A stretch of DNA of 64,000 bases from Eledone cirrhosa (taxonomy: Eukaryota). The DNA lies in the NCBI GenBank assembly GCA_964016885.1, contig OZ024754.1, forward strand, positions 9,548,001 to 9,612,000. The letters run 5' to 3'. Positions 25,473 through 37,470 of the stretch are shown here, piece after piece; positions within the stretch are counted from its first letter, which is position 1, and the number at the start of each line of letters is the position of its first letter. The notes under the pieces are model-generated. The model was given only the letters and a program-made list of their open reading frames with translations, ran no database searches and was not told where the DNA came from. The translations under genes were made by a program, and so were the position numbers.

Positions 25473-26767
25473 AGGCAGAAAAAGCAACAAAAAAAAATTA
25501 CGAATATAATAATGCTTTCTAATATAGGCACAAGGCCAACAATTTTGAGGGAGGGAAAAGTCGATTAAATCGACCCCAGTGCGTGACTGGTACTTTATTT
25601 TATCGACTCCGTAAGGATGAAAGGCAAAGTTAACCTCGGCGGGATTTGAACTCAGAACGCAAAGGGCCATAACTCTGTGCCGCAAAGCATGGTGTCTGAT
25701 GCTCTACCAATACTGCCAATCAACTACCCTAACGATAATAATAATAATGATAATAATAATAATATTTGTTTCTTATATAGGCACAAGGCCAGCAATTACC
25801 CAAGTGCATTACTGGTACTTTATTTTATCGACCTCCGTAAGGGTGAAAGGCAAAGTTAACTTCGGAGGGATTTGAACTCAGAACGTAAAGGGCCATAACT
25901 CTATTCTGCAAAGCATAGTGTCTGACACTCTACCAACCACAAGCGTTGACATAAAGTATAACATTAGGGGACAGCACAGGACGGTACAAATGGGCATTTC
26001 TGTGTGTAAAGAAAGAAAAAGAACAATAACAAAGGAAGTAACAAAAATAAATTGAAACAAAAGAAAATCCCCCAATAATAATAATAATAATAATAATAAC
26101 AATAACAATAACAATAACAATTGATGGAAATGAAAATTAGGAAATATCTGGGACATGATGTGAGAGATGTCAAGGGTGATTCTTTAAAAGAATTATCGCT
26201 GTTTCTTTTTGAAACGTCAACATTTTTATATCAGTTTTTCATGTGGAAAAAATTGGATTTCATAAATCTAGATATTAGATTGGGTTTCATAGATTGGGAT
26301 ATTATTAGAGAGAGAGAAAAATAAAAATAAAAAAAAAGATGGGAATTTCTTTATTTTTTAATTTAATTTTTTGCTTATTTTTGCTTTCTTTTATTTAAAA
26401 AATTTACTGCCTTTCCTGAAAACAACCATTTATCTATTTCTCTGTACATAAATAGAGGAAAAGGAAGAGAAAGGAGAGAGAGGGTGGGGATGAGAGAAAG
26501 AGGGGGCGAGAGAGGAGTGAAAGAGAGAGGGTGAAAGAGTGAGAGGGAGGGGGTGAAAGAGGGGAAGGAATCTGTAACTGTGCCAAAGATTAGATAATGA
26601 TTTAATATTTATCTATCTATTTCCCATGCCAGCTAGTGGGTTGATATAACTTGCAATATATATTTTCATACTGAGAAATAAAAAATAAATATAGAGTTAA
26701 TATACAAAAGAATTATTATATAAAAGTGATAGTATATAAAAGAGATAGTATATAGGAGAGTTCATCA

Positions 26768-27355
26768 TTTTCTTCTTCTTTACCCACTTATTCCTGAGAG
26801 GGTCATGGGGGCAGAGTCCTCAGACACTCCTTCCAGCGGGTCCTGTCAGAAACAACCCTCTCCAACTGATCCAGCTGGATCCCCCAAGCGAGACCAAGTG
26901 AGTTCGTGGATATTACCCAAACAGCTATCTTCCTCCTTGAGAGGGTCATGGTGGGCAGAGTCATTAACCACTCCATCCAGCGAATCCTGTCAGAACCAAC
27001 CATCCCCCAACTGATTTGGCTGGATCCCCAAGTGTGACCCAGCCAAGCTCGTGGCTATTATCCAACCATTTTGCATTGGGTCTACCCCTGGGTCTCCTGG
27101 TGGTTGGTTTTGCCCATAAAATCTGTCTAGCAATTCTTTCCCCCGAGACATTCTAACCACATGTCCATAGTATCGGAGCTGTGATCTCTCAATTCGGAGA
27201 AGTAGCGACTCTACCTGGAGTAATTCTCTGGTCTCTTATCAAGAAACTTTATCAAGAAACATTACTCCAAAGACCCCTTTCAGATGAACCCCATTTTGGC
27301 TGCTGCTTGTATTCACAAGCGTATTTTTTCAGTCACTATCCAAGATTCATGACCA
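26768..27355 (-). mobile_element. RTE-like LINE 3' region with duplicated terminus; also 37716-37940
   Basis: Homologous to 14097-15310. Confidence 0.75.
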
Positions 27356-27968
27356 AAGGTATAAGACCATAGTATAAAGTATACAGATAATTTTGTTGTT
27401 CAAACCACAGTATATATATCATCATCATCATCATTTAACGTCTATCTTCCACACTAGCAAGGCTTAGGCGGGTATATATATATATAGGAAAAAAACTTTT
27501 TCCTATTACCCACTCTACTACTCTAAGTATTGAGTACTCTGGTTCGTTATGGTCCATCTGATTCCTTACCACACTTCCTTCGTTATATATATATATGGAG
27601 GCACATGGCTTAGTGGTTAGAGCATTGGCCTTGCAATCGAAAGGTTATGAGTTCAATTCTCAGACGGGGTGATGTGTTGTTTCCTTGAGCAAGACACTTT
27701 ATTTCACGTTGCTCCAGTTTACTCAGCTGTAGAAATGAGATGATAGGACTGGGGTCCCTATCATTCCACTGCAAAGTGGTCGTGGAGGTGCCACGGCAAA
27801 AAAAAAAACACCCAGCACTTACTGTAAATGAGGTTGGTGTTAGGAAGGGCTTCCAACTGTAGAAATCAAGCCAGAATCATTTCCCGTCCCACCCTTGCAA
27901 GCAGGGAAAAGTGGATGTAAAATGATGATGATGATGATGATGATATATATATATATACTGTAGTATAA

Positions 27969-28324
27969 AACACAAAAAAAAACACACAGTCCACGCTGTA
28001 AATGTGGCCGTGTAGGCAACACGGTAAAAACCTCCCAGCCCCACACTGTAAATGTGGTTGGTGTTAGGAAGGGCATCCAGCTGTAGAAAACCCGCCAGAC
28101 AGTCCACGCTGTAATGTGGCCGTGTAGGCAACACGGTAAAAACCTCCCAGCCCCACACTGTAAATGTGGTTGGTGTTAGGAAGGGCATCCAACTGTAGAA
28201 AACCCGCCAGACAGTCCTATGCGAGCAAGACAACCACTCTTGCCTCAAGTGGGAAAACCCCCGTCCAAACCCATGCAAGCGTGGAACACGGACGCTAAAC
28301 CTGATGATGATGATGATGATGATG
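27969..28324 (+). mobile_element. 5'-truncated young RTE 3' UTR insertion
   Basis: 12-bp TSD actgtagtataa (27957-27968 / 28325-28336); near-identical to the reverse complement of 48203-48552. Confidence 0.85.
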
Positions 28325-28719
28325 ACTGTAGTATAAGTTTGGTAGAAATATCCACAGGTAAGACTACTCGATCCATAAGATGAGTTAAAAATAATTAGTT
28401 ACAACAGTGACAGAAGTAGATACTTAAATTTCGTTGCATTTTACATCCTAACTCATTCAGAAATATAGCCATCTTTCTTTATATAACAAGCTGAATGAGT
28501 TGGGATGTATAACCCAAAAAACTTAAGTACCTATATATATATCACTTGTAACTAATTATATATATGTTTTGTTTAGTATTTCTGTTCTTTACCTTGTTCT
28601 TTTCCTTACAATATAACTTGTAAGACATTAACTTTGAATTTTAAGACCAAATTTTAACACTCTATCATTGAAACAACTATTTTATCTTACACCAGAATCC
28701 ACCATTAAACCATTAAACT

Positions 28720-28921
28720 CTTAAACAACAACAACAACAACAACAAAGAACAAACAAACAAAATAACAATAACAACAACAACATTAGCAACAACATTATT
28801 AACACGAAACAGCTCAATAACACTTGTTACAGCAACAAAGACATTATTATGAAACAGGAGTGACAACAAACTTAACAACAAAGCCGACAACAACAGCAAC
28901 AACAACATCAACAGCATCAAT

Positions 28922-28953
<32 letters not shown>

Positions 28954-28983
28954 TAGCATCAACAACAACAACAACATCAATAG

Positions 28984-29015
<32 letters not shown>

Positions 29016-29432
29016 ACAGCAACAACAACAACAACATCAATAGCAACAACAACAACAACATCAACATCAACAGCAACAACAACAACAACAGCAGCAGCAA
29101 CAACAGCAGCAACAACAACAAAAACAATGACAACAACAACAACAACATGAATCAGTAATTGCAACTTCAAAAAGGAAAATAGAAAGAGGAAATTGTTTAT
29201 CTTTGTTCCTTCTTCAGAAAATAAAATTTCTTCAAATCCCATTTGTCTCTTTCTTAAAATAGAGTTTGACAGTTTAGTGAAGTTCTTCCCTGTAGTTATA
29301 AAGGCATATTGCATTGTTCTCTTTCGAAAGAAAGAAAGAAAAACTGCTTTCATAACGATAACAACAATAACAACAACACATAATAACAATGGTAATGAAA
29401 GTAATAACAGGACACTAATAATAATAATGATG

Positions 29433-29487
<55 letters not shown>

Positions 29488-30073
29488 TTTCTTTATTGAC
29501 CACAAGGGTTTACATAAAGTAGACGTAAAGGAAAGTACAGGACAATACAGGACGGTACAAATGGGCATTTCTGCGTGTAAAAAAACAGAGGATGTAAATA
29601 ATGATGATGATGATAAGAAGAAGGTGAAGGAGAAAACGGAGAAGATGATGATGATGATGATGATGATAATTGTTTCGACTTTAGGCACAAGGCCAGCAAT
29701 TATCCCAGTACATTACTGGTACTTTATTTTATCGACCCCGTAAGGATGAAAGGCAAAGTTAAACTCGGCGGGATTTGAACTCAGATTGTAAAGGGACGTA
29801 ACTCTATACTAGAAAGCATGGCGTCCAACCCTCTACCGATACTGCCAATTCACCGCCATATGATGATGATAATAATAATGATAAGAAGAAGAAGAAGAAG
29901 AAGAAGAAGGAGGAGGAGGAGGAGGCAAAGAAGAAGGCAAAGGTAAAGGAGAAGAAGATGAAGAGGACGGCAAAGGAGGAAGAAGAGGAGAAGAAGAAGA
30001 TAAAGAAGAAGAAGAAGAAGAAGAAGAAGAAGAAGAAGAAGAAGAAAATGGTAATAAGAATATTTTTGAAAAT

Positions 30074-30130
<57 letters not shown>
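28720..30130. repeat. Cluster of (CAA)n, (AAT)n and (GAA)n microsatellites
   Basis: Seen directly. Confidence 0.9.
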
Positions 30131-30131
<1 letters not shown>

Positions 30132-31081
30132 TTTTCAGTAAATCCCCAGAAAGAAAATTTAGCAGGACTAGAGAAGAAAAAAAAAAAAGATAGAATACAA
30201 AAATGAAGATATTAAAACAAAACAAAAAAAAAAATAATAATATAGTTGCCAAAGACTTTGTGTTTTGCAAAGCTATCAGAAGTTTGCAGGAAAGAAGTAT
30301 TATGGTGTAGACAGAACAGTAAAAGAACGGAAATGTTTTAAAATTTAATTTTCCAATGGAAATGAAGGATATGGAAGTTATGAATGAATATATGAATATA
30401 TATATATATATACGTGTGTGTGTCTGTGTGTGTGCGCGTGTTGTACGTGTTAACATTTTGGAAACTTTGCAGTTATTGTTTTCTTCCCTGGAGAATTTGC
30501 ACTAAAATATGTTGCTGACAAAAAGATGTCCATAGACATATGTATACATAAAACTCTCTCAATATATATGTATATAGTAATATGAACTCAGTATTTTACA
30601 AATAACATTCAAATATTACATAGGTGTATATATTCTATATAGACAGACATGGATTGGAGACAAGCAGAGAAGGGAAGAGATGGATCTATAGACAGACAGA
30701 TATACAGTGTGGTGCAGATAAATCTGGAAAAATTAATACATAATAAAACCGTTTTTTATAGAACAAATTGACCCTTTAGCATTTAAACTGGCCAAATGTT
30801 TCATGCCAGCATGGTTAGACATATATATATATATGACTCTATACCATTTCCTGTCAGCATGACTTGGCAAGCTATTTAGAACACTGGTTTAACCTCTTTA
30901 CTTCCCTCCGAAGAAGAGATATTATCTCGAAAATTAAGGACATTTATATAAATCTAAGGTAAAAGACTAATTGTCAACAATATGTTTTGCATTTGCATTC
31001 TTTATTCTATGTCCATACCTGCATTGTTTTGGCTTTATTATACATATACAAACGTTTATATATATATATATATACATATAT

Positions 31082-31470
31082 AATATATTAACAAATGGAA
31101 ACTATATTTATAAAACCATATTTATTTCATTATACATATTTCAAGGGCCACTAAGGTAAACTATGGCGCGCTTTCATCAGACAAAATATAATATAGGTTA
31201 GTTTTATAAATAAATATTGACATACCCTTAAAAAAATGCAACCATTCTGGTTGGAATAAAACTAACCTATATTATTTTTTATCTGATGAAAGTGCACCAT
31301 AGTTTACCTTGGTGACCCTTGAAATATGTATAATGAAATAAATATGGTTTTATAAATATAGTTTCCATTTGTTAATATATTGTATATTTACTCCAATAAT
31401 TTGTTGAGTGCTTTATATCAGTTATAAAAATATTTTGCTTGTTGTATCCCAACAAATTAAATATAACCTC
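31082..31470. mobile_element. Fold-back PLE-like relic, ~125-bp arms, hammerhead core in each arm
   Basis: Arms 31082-31207 / 31256-31381; CTGATGA at 31283 and GAAA at 31321 on +; mirror core at 31139-31180 on -. Confidence 0.7.
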
Positions 31471-31497
31471 TACATATATATATATATATATATATGT

Positions 31498-31825
31498 TAA
31501 GTATTTCCATAGAAAAGGTAAAGGAAAGAAGAGTGCTCTATGTATAGTACAGAGCTATTTAATTATATAATAAACAACACAATATAATTATTCCATTACT
31601 CAAGGTTTCATGAAGTTAGACGGTTCTAGCAGAAACGTCTGATATCGTTGATCAGATGAAATATCTTTATTATGGATATTAGATATGAAATTTGTAATAG
31701 ATTTTAATTTCATATCTAATATCCATAATAAAGATATTTCATCTGATGAACGATATCAGACATTTCTGTTAGAACCGTCTAACTTCATGAAACCTTGAGT
31801 AATGGAATAATTATATTGTGTTGTT

Positions 31826-31834
<9 letters not shown>
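31498..31834. mobile_element. Fold-back PLE-like relic, ~129-bp arms, hammerhead core in right arm
   Basis: tatttcat-CTGATGA(31743)...GAAA(31789)-ccttgagt-A-atggaata. Confidence 0.7.
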
Positions 31835-31881
<47 letters not shown>

Positions 31882-32460
31882 TGGCTGCCAACTCGTTTTC
31901 GAGTACGACCACTACTTTATATCCATGTAGGAGAACCCCTACCAATGCGCTGAACGAGTGTGACTTTTTAGTCCAGCCAGCGACTTGAAAACTCTGGTAC
32001 AAACACTACACCTGTGACAATTATTGACACATAGTGCTGGGCCCATGGTACCATGTGACGACAAGTGCAGAGAGATCTCCAGATATAAAGCAATGCCTGT
32101 GCCGTGAAGCTTTTATAGTGAGCAAAGGCACTGCACAAAGCCAGTCCCACTCTCTTAACCAAGATGATATTTACCAAAATAAAGAACAAGTCAACATCAT
32201 TGGATACCATCAGGGTTGCAGGTGTTATATCAGAGTTTTCCTTCTCCTAGAATTCTGCCTTGACAAAGGCTAAGGGGTCATCTCTCCCGGTGATTTTGGA
32301 TGGCCATTGACTCTTAAGAGCTCCTTTGCCCTTTGACAGGTTTTGTTTTTAGTCCTGCAGGATGTCCAAAGTCACCCTCCTCACCAAGAAACCTTGGTGG
32401 GGTTGCCAGTTTAGTCGCCAATGACCTGACCATGGGACAGGTTGTACTGGAATACATATG

Positions 32461-32491
<31 letters not shown>

Positions 32492-32668
32492 TTATACATA
32501 CATGCTGAGTTCTAGGTCACTTCCCACTGAGATTTGACCGAATACAATTTACAGGATGAATATGGCGATGACACATTCCTTTAGCAGAGTGTGTGGCAGC
32601 ATAAAATAATGAATCGGGATAAATATCTAAATAGCCAACCACTCTTAGACGTGAGTCTACATGTGAAC

Positions 32669-32760
32669 ACATATCTGAGGAGCTTCCGATTCCATAGTCA
32701 AGATCTATCATTAATCGATTGTTCCTCGAGCTGATTGACAGTGAAACATATGTAATATGT
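32669..32760 (+). ncRNA. Minimal type-I hammerhead ribozyme motif
   Basis: acatat-CTGAGGA-(long stem II)-GAAA-catatgt-A-atatgt; stem III is the perfect palindrome ACATATGT. Confidence 0.6.
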
Positions 32761-33084
32761 AATTAATATGTATATGATGCAACACTGATTCTTTGTTCCC
32801 TTATATATTATCATTTGGCAGTATCGGTAGAGGGTCGGACATGCTTTCCAGCATAGTTATGCCCCTTTACGATCCGAGTTCAAATCCCGCCGAGGTTAAC
32901 CTTGCCTTTCATCCTTATGGGGTCGATAAAATAAAGTACCAGTAATGTACTGGGTAATTGCTGGCCTTGTGCCAAAAGTAGAAACAATTATTATTATTAT
33001 AATTATTATTATTATTATGGTGGACCAGATTAAAAGGACTGAAGACAGACACTTTTCTCTTTGGCCAATCCCTCAGCAACTTCT

Positions 33085-33497
33085 TCAAGTTTCACCTGGA
33101 AAGGAAGGTGAGGGTGGAGAGAGAAGTGCTGCCCCACAGTATATTTTCTAAAAGGTGGATGAATGTGGCGAGAATGGCCCGTGTGAATGGGCCTACAGGC
33201 TAGCTAACTTGAGGAGAGGGGTGCTCTCCCTGGGTGGCCTAGAAGCGCAGGGTGGTTCAGGATTGGTGGGGCACCCGAGTCACCCCTGGGTCACCCACCC
33301 CCTATCGGGGAATTTATTTTGTTATATTTATGCATAGTTTATTTTATATTTTTATATCTTCATTGTTAAATTAGTCTTGCCATTGTGCACTTTTACTCTA
33401 CCTTATTGTAAACCCCCACTGTCCCTGTCTTTGTATTGTCCCCTACATGTCGGCCCTTGTGGCTAATAAATGAAATCATTATTATTATTATTATTAT
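33085..33497 (+). mobile_element. LINE (L1/Tx1-like) 3' end
   Basis: F.KRW-like ORF end, pyrimidine-rich UTR, aataaa then (ATT)n. Confidence 0.4.
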
Positions 33498-34640
33498 GTG
33501 TGTGTGTGTAAATGAACCTACAGTTCCTAAATTATAAGCCTCGCTGTAAAAATTAAAGTGATGTAAATATACTTTTTATCTCCCCTTTGGTAGAAAGTAT
33601 TGAGTGTTCATTCGGAAATTTGTCGGAGAATAAGTAGCTCCGTTTTCTCCCCATGGAGTGATGGATAGCCTATAGCTAGTTATATCATTTATATATCTGA
33701 TTGCAAGCCTGTATTAAACATAAAACAGTAATGCCAATGTAATCCACAACCGTTACACACACACACACACACACACATACACATATACATACATGCGTTA
33801 CTGTTCCCAGAAATTGATTCCAGTAATACCGAATGAAAGAAAATTGAAGCTAAACTGCAAGAAATAGTTTTATGTAACAATTTTCAACAACTTAGCCTGA
33901 AGAAGAATACAGAATTTCCATACTTAGAAATACTGAAATTGTAAAATCACACGTTTCTCTTGTTCGTTTAAACACAAAGCTTTACACTTATTTTCATAGG
34001 CAGGAGAATCATGAAGAAATATTTGAATCTCACCAAATGTCTTACCAAAGCAGCCCTTTCACAGACGTGATATGAAAGATGAAGAATTTGAAAATCATTG
34101 AATTTTCCCTGAATACGTATTATGAATGATAAAGCTTATAAAATGGCCTCATTGTGATCAAGTAGGTAATTTGAATTAAAGCTCTTTTTTTTTTTCTATT
34201 TCAGTGTTAAGATAGTTCATATATTGGTGACCCCCTCCCAGATATGTCATCCACTCAAAGAACACTATGTGTCTCTTTCAGATCAATGACTGTACAACAA
34301 ATAGAATATCTAGTGATATTTTATCAGCTTCTCAAAATAACTGAACGAAAACATTTTTAACAGAATAGGAAAATAACTGAAGCAAAGAGGTGTCCAAATG
34401 GAAACACAGTTTTATTCTAAGAGTATTTAGCATGTGAGGGTGCTTGGTTGTTTCAACTCCTTAGCCATGCCATCACCCACGGTAATGGTGTCAGCATGTT
34501 GGCTTACCTCAAAAATTTTCTATGACCCTTGTGGTGTGTGACCGATTGCTGTACTTAGTGTTGAATTGAGGTCTTTGTTCTTTTCTTTCTCACTTTAATT
34601 GTATATTTTTGTATATTTATAAGGTTCCTAGCAATAAATA

Positions 34641-34994
34641 CCATATTTCCCGGTGCCGAAGACACTTCGTCCTTGAGGTGGCACTATAATTTTGACAACC
34701 AAAAATTTGAAAAAAATAATTGTTTCTACTTTTGGCACAAGGCCAGCAATTATCCCAGTATATTACTGGTACTTTATTTTATCGACCCTGAAAGGATGAA
34801 AGGCAAAGTTGGTGGGATTTGAACGCAGACCTTAAAGGGCCGTAACTCTTTGCTGTAAAGAATGGCGTCCGACCCTTGAAAATTTGAAAATTTGAAAAAA
34901 AATAATAAACAACCTTCGGCCTCCAGGAGGCATTAGTAGATTTTTTAGACTTATTTTAGGAAATAAGAAGCACCTTCAATGCTGGGAGATACGG
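34641..34994. mobile_element. pogo/Tigger-like MITE with inserted Nin-SINE
   Basis: TA TSD; ends CCATATTTCCCGG / CTGGGAGATACGG. Confidence 0.6.
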
Positions 34995-34996
34995 TA

Positions 34997-35390
34997 ACTG
35001 ATTACATCATCTGCAAAATGAACATTAGTGACATCATATCTCGTATTATAATATTTCAAGGGTTTTCTATCGTTATTCATTTAAATAAGACATTGAAAAG
35101 ACTTGGTGAAAGAATACAACCTTATCTGACACGAAGTATTGTTTTAAATCAGTTGGTGAATTTCCAGAAAAACAAACTCTTGAAGCTTAGTGTTTCATAT
35201 TTATCAACTATCATCAACAAAGGTGAAAGTTCAAATGATAGAAAAGGTGTTAAAAATATTCATAAAAATTTAGGAAGAAATTATTGTTGGTGTCATTTCT
35301 CTTTGATAGATAATCTGGAAAGTGAAATTACTTTTCAGAAAATTCCAAATTAGACGTCACTGTGTTCGAGAAAGAAAATTGAGACTAAGC
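34997..35390 (-). mobile_element. Degraded LINE reverse-transcriptase fragment
   Basis: VR*GCILSPSLFNV and FADD motifs on the minus strand. Confidence 0.55.
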
Positions 35391-35619
35391 TTTATTCTAT
35401 TTAAACAATAGCACACATATATAGCAATAGCAACGAAACACCTTCTGATATAACTGTAGCATAATTATAGTATAAAGATGTGTCGCAGAGAAAAATGTCT
35501 GAATTATATGGACAAAGATGAAAGTAGTTTGGTAATGGCAGCAGTCACGTGCTAGTGTCACATGACAGCAAGAATAGAGTTAGGAAAGAAATATTATCGT
35601 AATTTCGTATTCACAGCAG

Positions 35620-35682
35620 TTATGTGTGGTCTAGAGGTTAGGGTTCCTGGCTTTCACCCAGGTTCGATTCCCGGTATGGGAA
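35620..35682 (+). pseudogene. tRNA-Glu(TTC) pseudogene
   Basis: tggtctagaggttagggttcctggctTTCacccagg-ttcgattcccggtatgggaa matches eukaryotic tRNA-Glu; about 9 nt of variable loop and T-stem are missing and the 5' acceptor strand is degraded. Confidence 0.75.
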
Positions 35683-36527
35683 CTCTAATTGTTTTGCCAG
35701 GTGATGCTATTAAGTTAGACATGGTCTGGGCCAATACTGGCTGAAACCTATCAAAGTTATTTATTGGATAATTATTTAGGCAATACTTTGTATATAAAAA
35801 TATGTTATATACAAAGTATTAAAGTCATTGTTGTTGGTTGGGTCATCTCATTTTGGTAGATACTTAGGTATCTCAATTACTATACCAACAATTAAAAAAC
35901 ATTCATAAAATAATGGTTAATCCTTATATCCACAAGGCCAGCAATTTGGGGAGAGGGGAAAGTTGATCAAATCAAACCCAGTACATTACTGGTACTTTAT
36001 TTTATCCTTGAAACCCCTGCATAAAAATTATTATATACCATTATTGATATCTATTTAGGCGGTGGATTGGCAGTATTGGTAGAGTGTCGGATGTCATGCT
36101 TTGGCGCATAGAGTTACGGCCCTTGCCATTCTGAGTTCAAATCCCGCCGAGGTTAACTTTACCTTTCATCCTTACGGGGTCGATAAAATAAAGTACCAGT
36201 AATACACTGGGTAATTGCTGGCCTTGTGCCTCACGTAGAAACAATTATTGATATCTATCATTTTTAACTTATTTATCACTGTTTCTGTGAAGGTATGTGG
36301 CTGAGTGGTAAGAGAATTGGATTTGCAATCGTGAGGTTGTGAGTTCCATTCCTGGACCGGGGGGCAATGCGTTATGTCCTTGAGCAAGACTCTTCATTTT
36401 ACGTTGCTCCTTCTACCTGGAGTTGCGACCGATAGATAGTTTTAGCAATTGAAAAGACCAACAGAAACATTGTTTCCTCGGTCCGATTTGACAAAAGTCG
36501 ATCGACTGTTGATCTCTGTTTCTCACG

Positions 36528-37470
36528 GAACCCCTAGTGACTTCTTGCCGAACCATAGGTTTCCAGGGAACACCAGGAACCCCTAGCGACTTCTTGCCGA
36601 ACCATAGGTTTCCAGGGAACACCAGGAACCCCTAGCGACTTCTTGCCGAACCATAGGTTTCCAGGGAACACCAGGAACCCCTAGCGACTTCTTGCCGAAC
36701 CATAGGTTTCCAGGGAACACCAGGAACCCCTAGCGACTTCTTGCCGAACCATAGGTTTCCAGGGAACACCAGGAACCCTAGTGACCTCTTGCAGAACCAT
36801 AGGTTTCCAGGAAACACCAGGAACCCCTAGCGACTTCTTGCCGAACCATAGGTTTCCAGGGAACACCAGGAACCCTAGTGACCTCTTGCAGAACCATAGG
36901 TTTCCAGGGAACACCAGGAACCCCTAGCGACTTCTTGCCAAACCATAGGTTTCCAGGGAACACCAGGAACCCCTAGCGACTTCTTGCCAAACCATAGGTT
37001 TCCAGGGAACACCAGGAACCCCTAGCGACTTCTTGCCGAACCATAGGTTTCCAGGGAACACCAGGAACCCCTAGCGACTTCTTGCCGAACCATAGGTTTC
37101 CAGGGAACACCAGGAACCCCTAGCGACTTCTTGCCGAACCATAGGTTTCCAGGGAACACCAGGAACCCCTATTGACCTCTTGCAGAACCATAGGTTTCCA
37201 GGGAACACCAGGAACCCCTAGTGACCTCTTGCAGAACCATAGGTTTCCAGGGAACACCAGGAACCCCTATTGACCTCTTGCAGAACCATAGGTTTCCAGG
37301 GAACACCAGGAACCCCTAGCGACCTCTTGCAGAACCATAGGTTTCCAGGGAACACCAGGAACCCCTAGCGACCTCTTGCAGAACCATAGGTTTCCAGGGA
37401 ACACCAGGAACCCCTAGCGACCTCTTGCAGAACCATAGGTTTCCAGGGAACACCAGTTGAGAAATGTTAC
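36528..37470. repeat. 49-bp minisatellite (about 19 units) at a hAT-MITE-like end
   Basis: gaacccctagcgacttcttgccgaaccataggtttccagggaacaccag; terminates in gttgagaaa. Confidence 0.92.

Noticed and set aside
27597-27670. tRNA gene
   Set aside because: tRNA-derived SINE head that continues into core and tail
32230-32450. Possible HDV-like ribozyme in an RTE-like GC-richer segment
   Set aside because: Could not build the P1/P3 nested pseudoknot; only a simple hairpin is evident
33990-34320. Acceptor-like sites suggesting exons
   Set aside because: Frames checked close quickly and give no recognisable protein
36528-37470. CRISPR-like 49-bp array
   Set aside because: No unique spacers; plain tandem repeat
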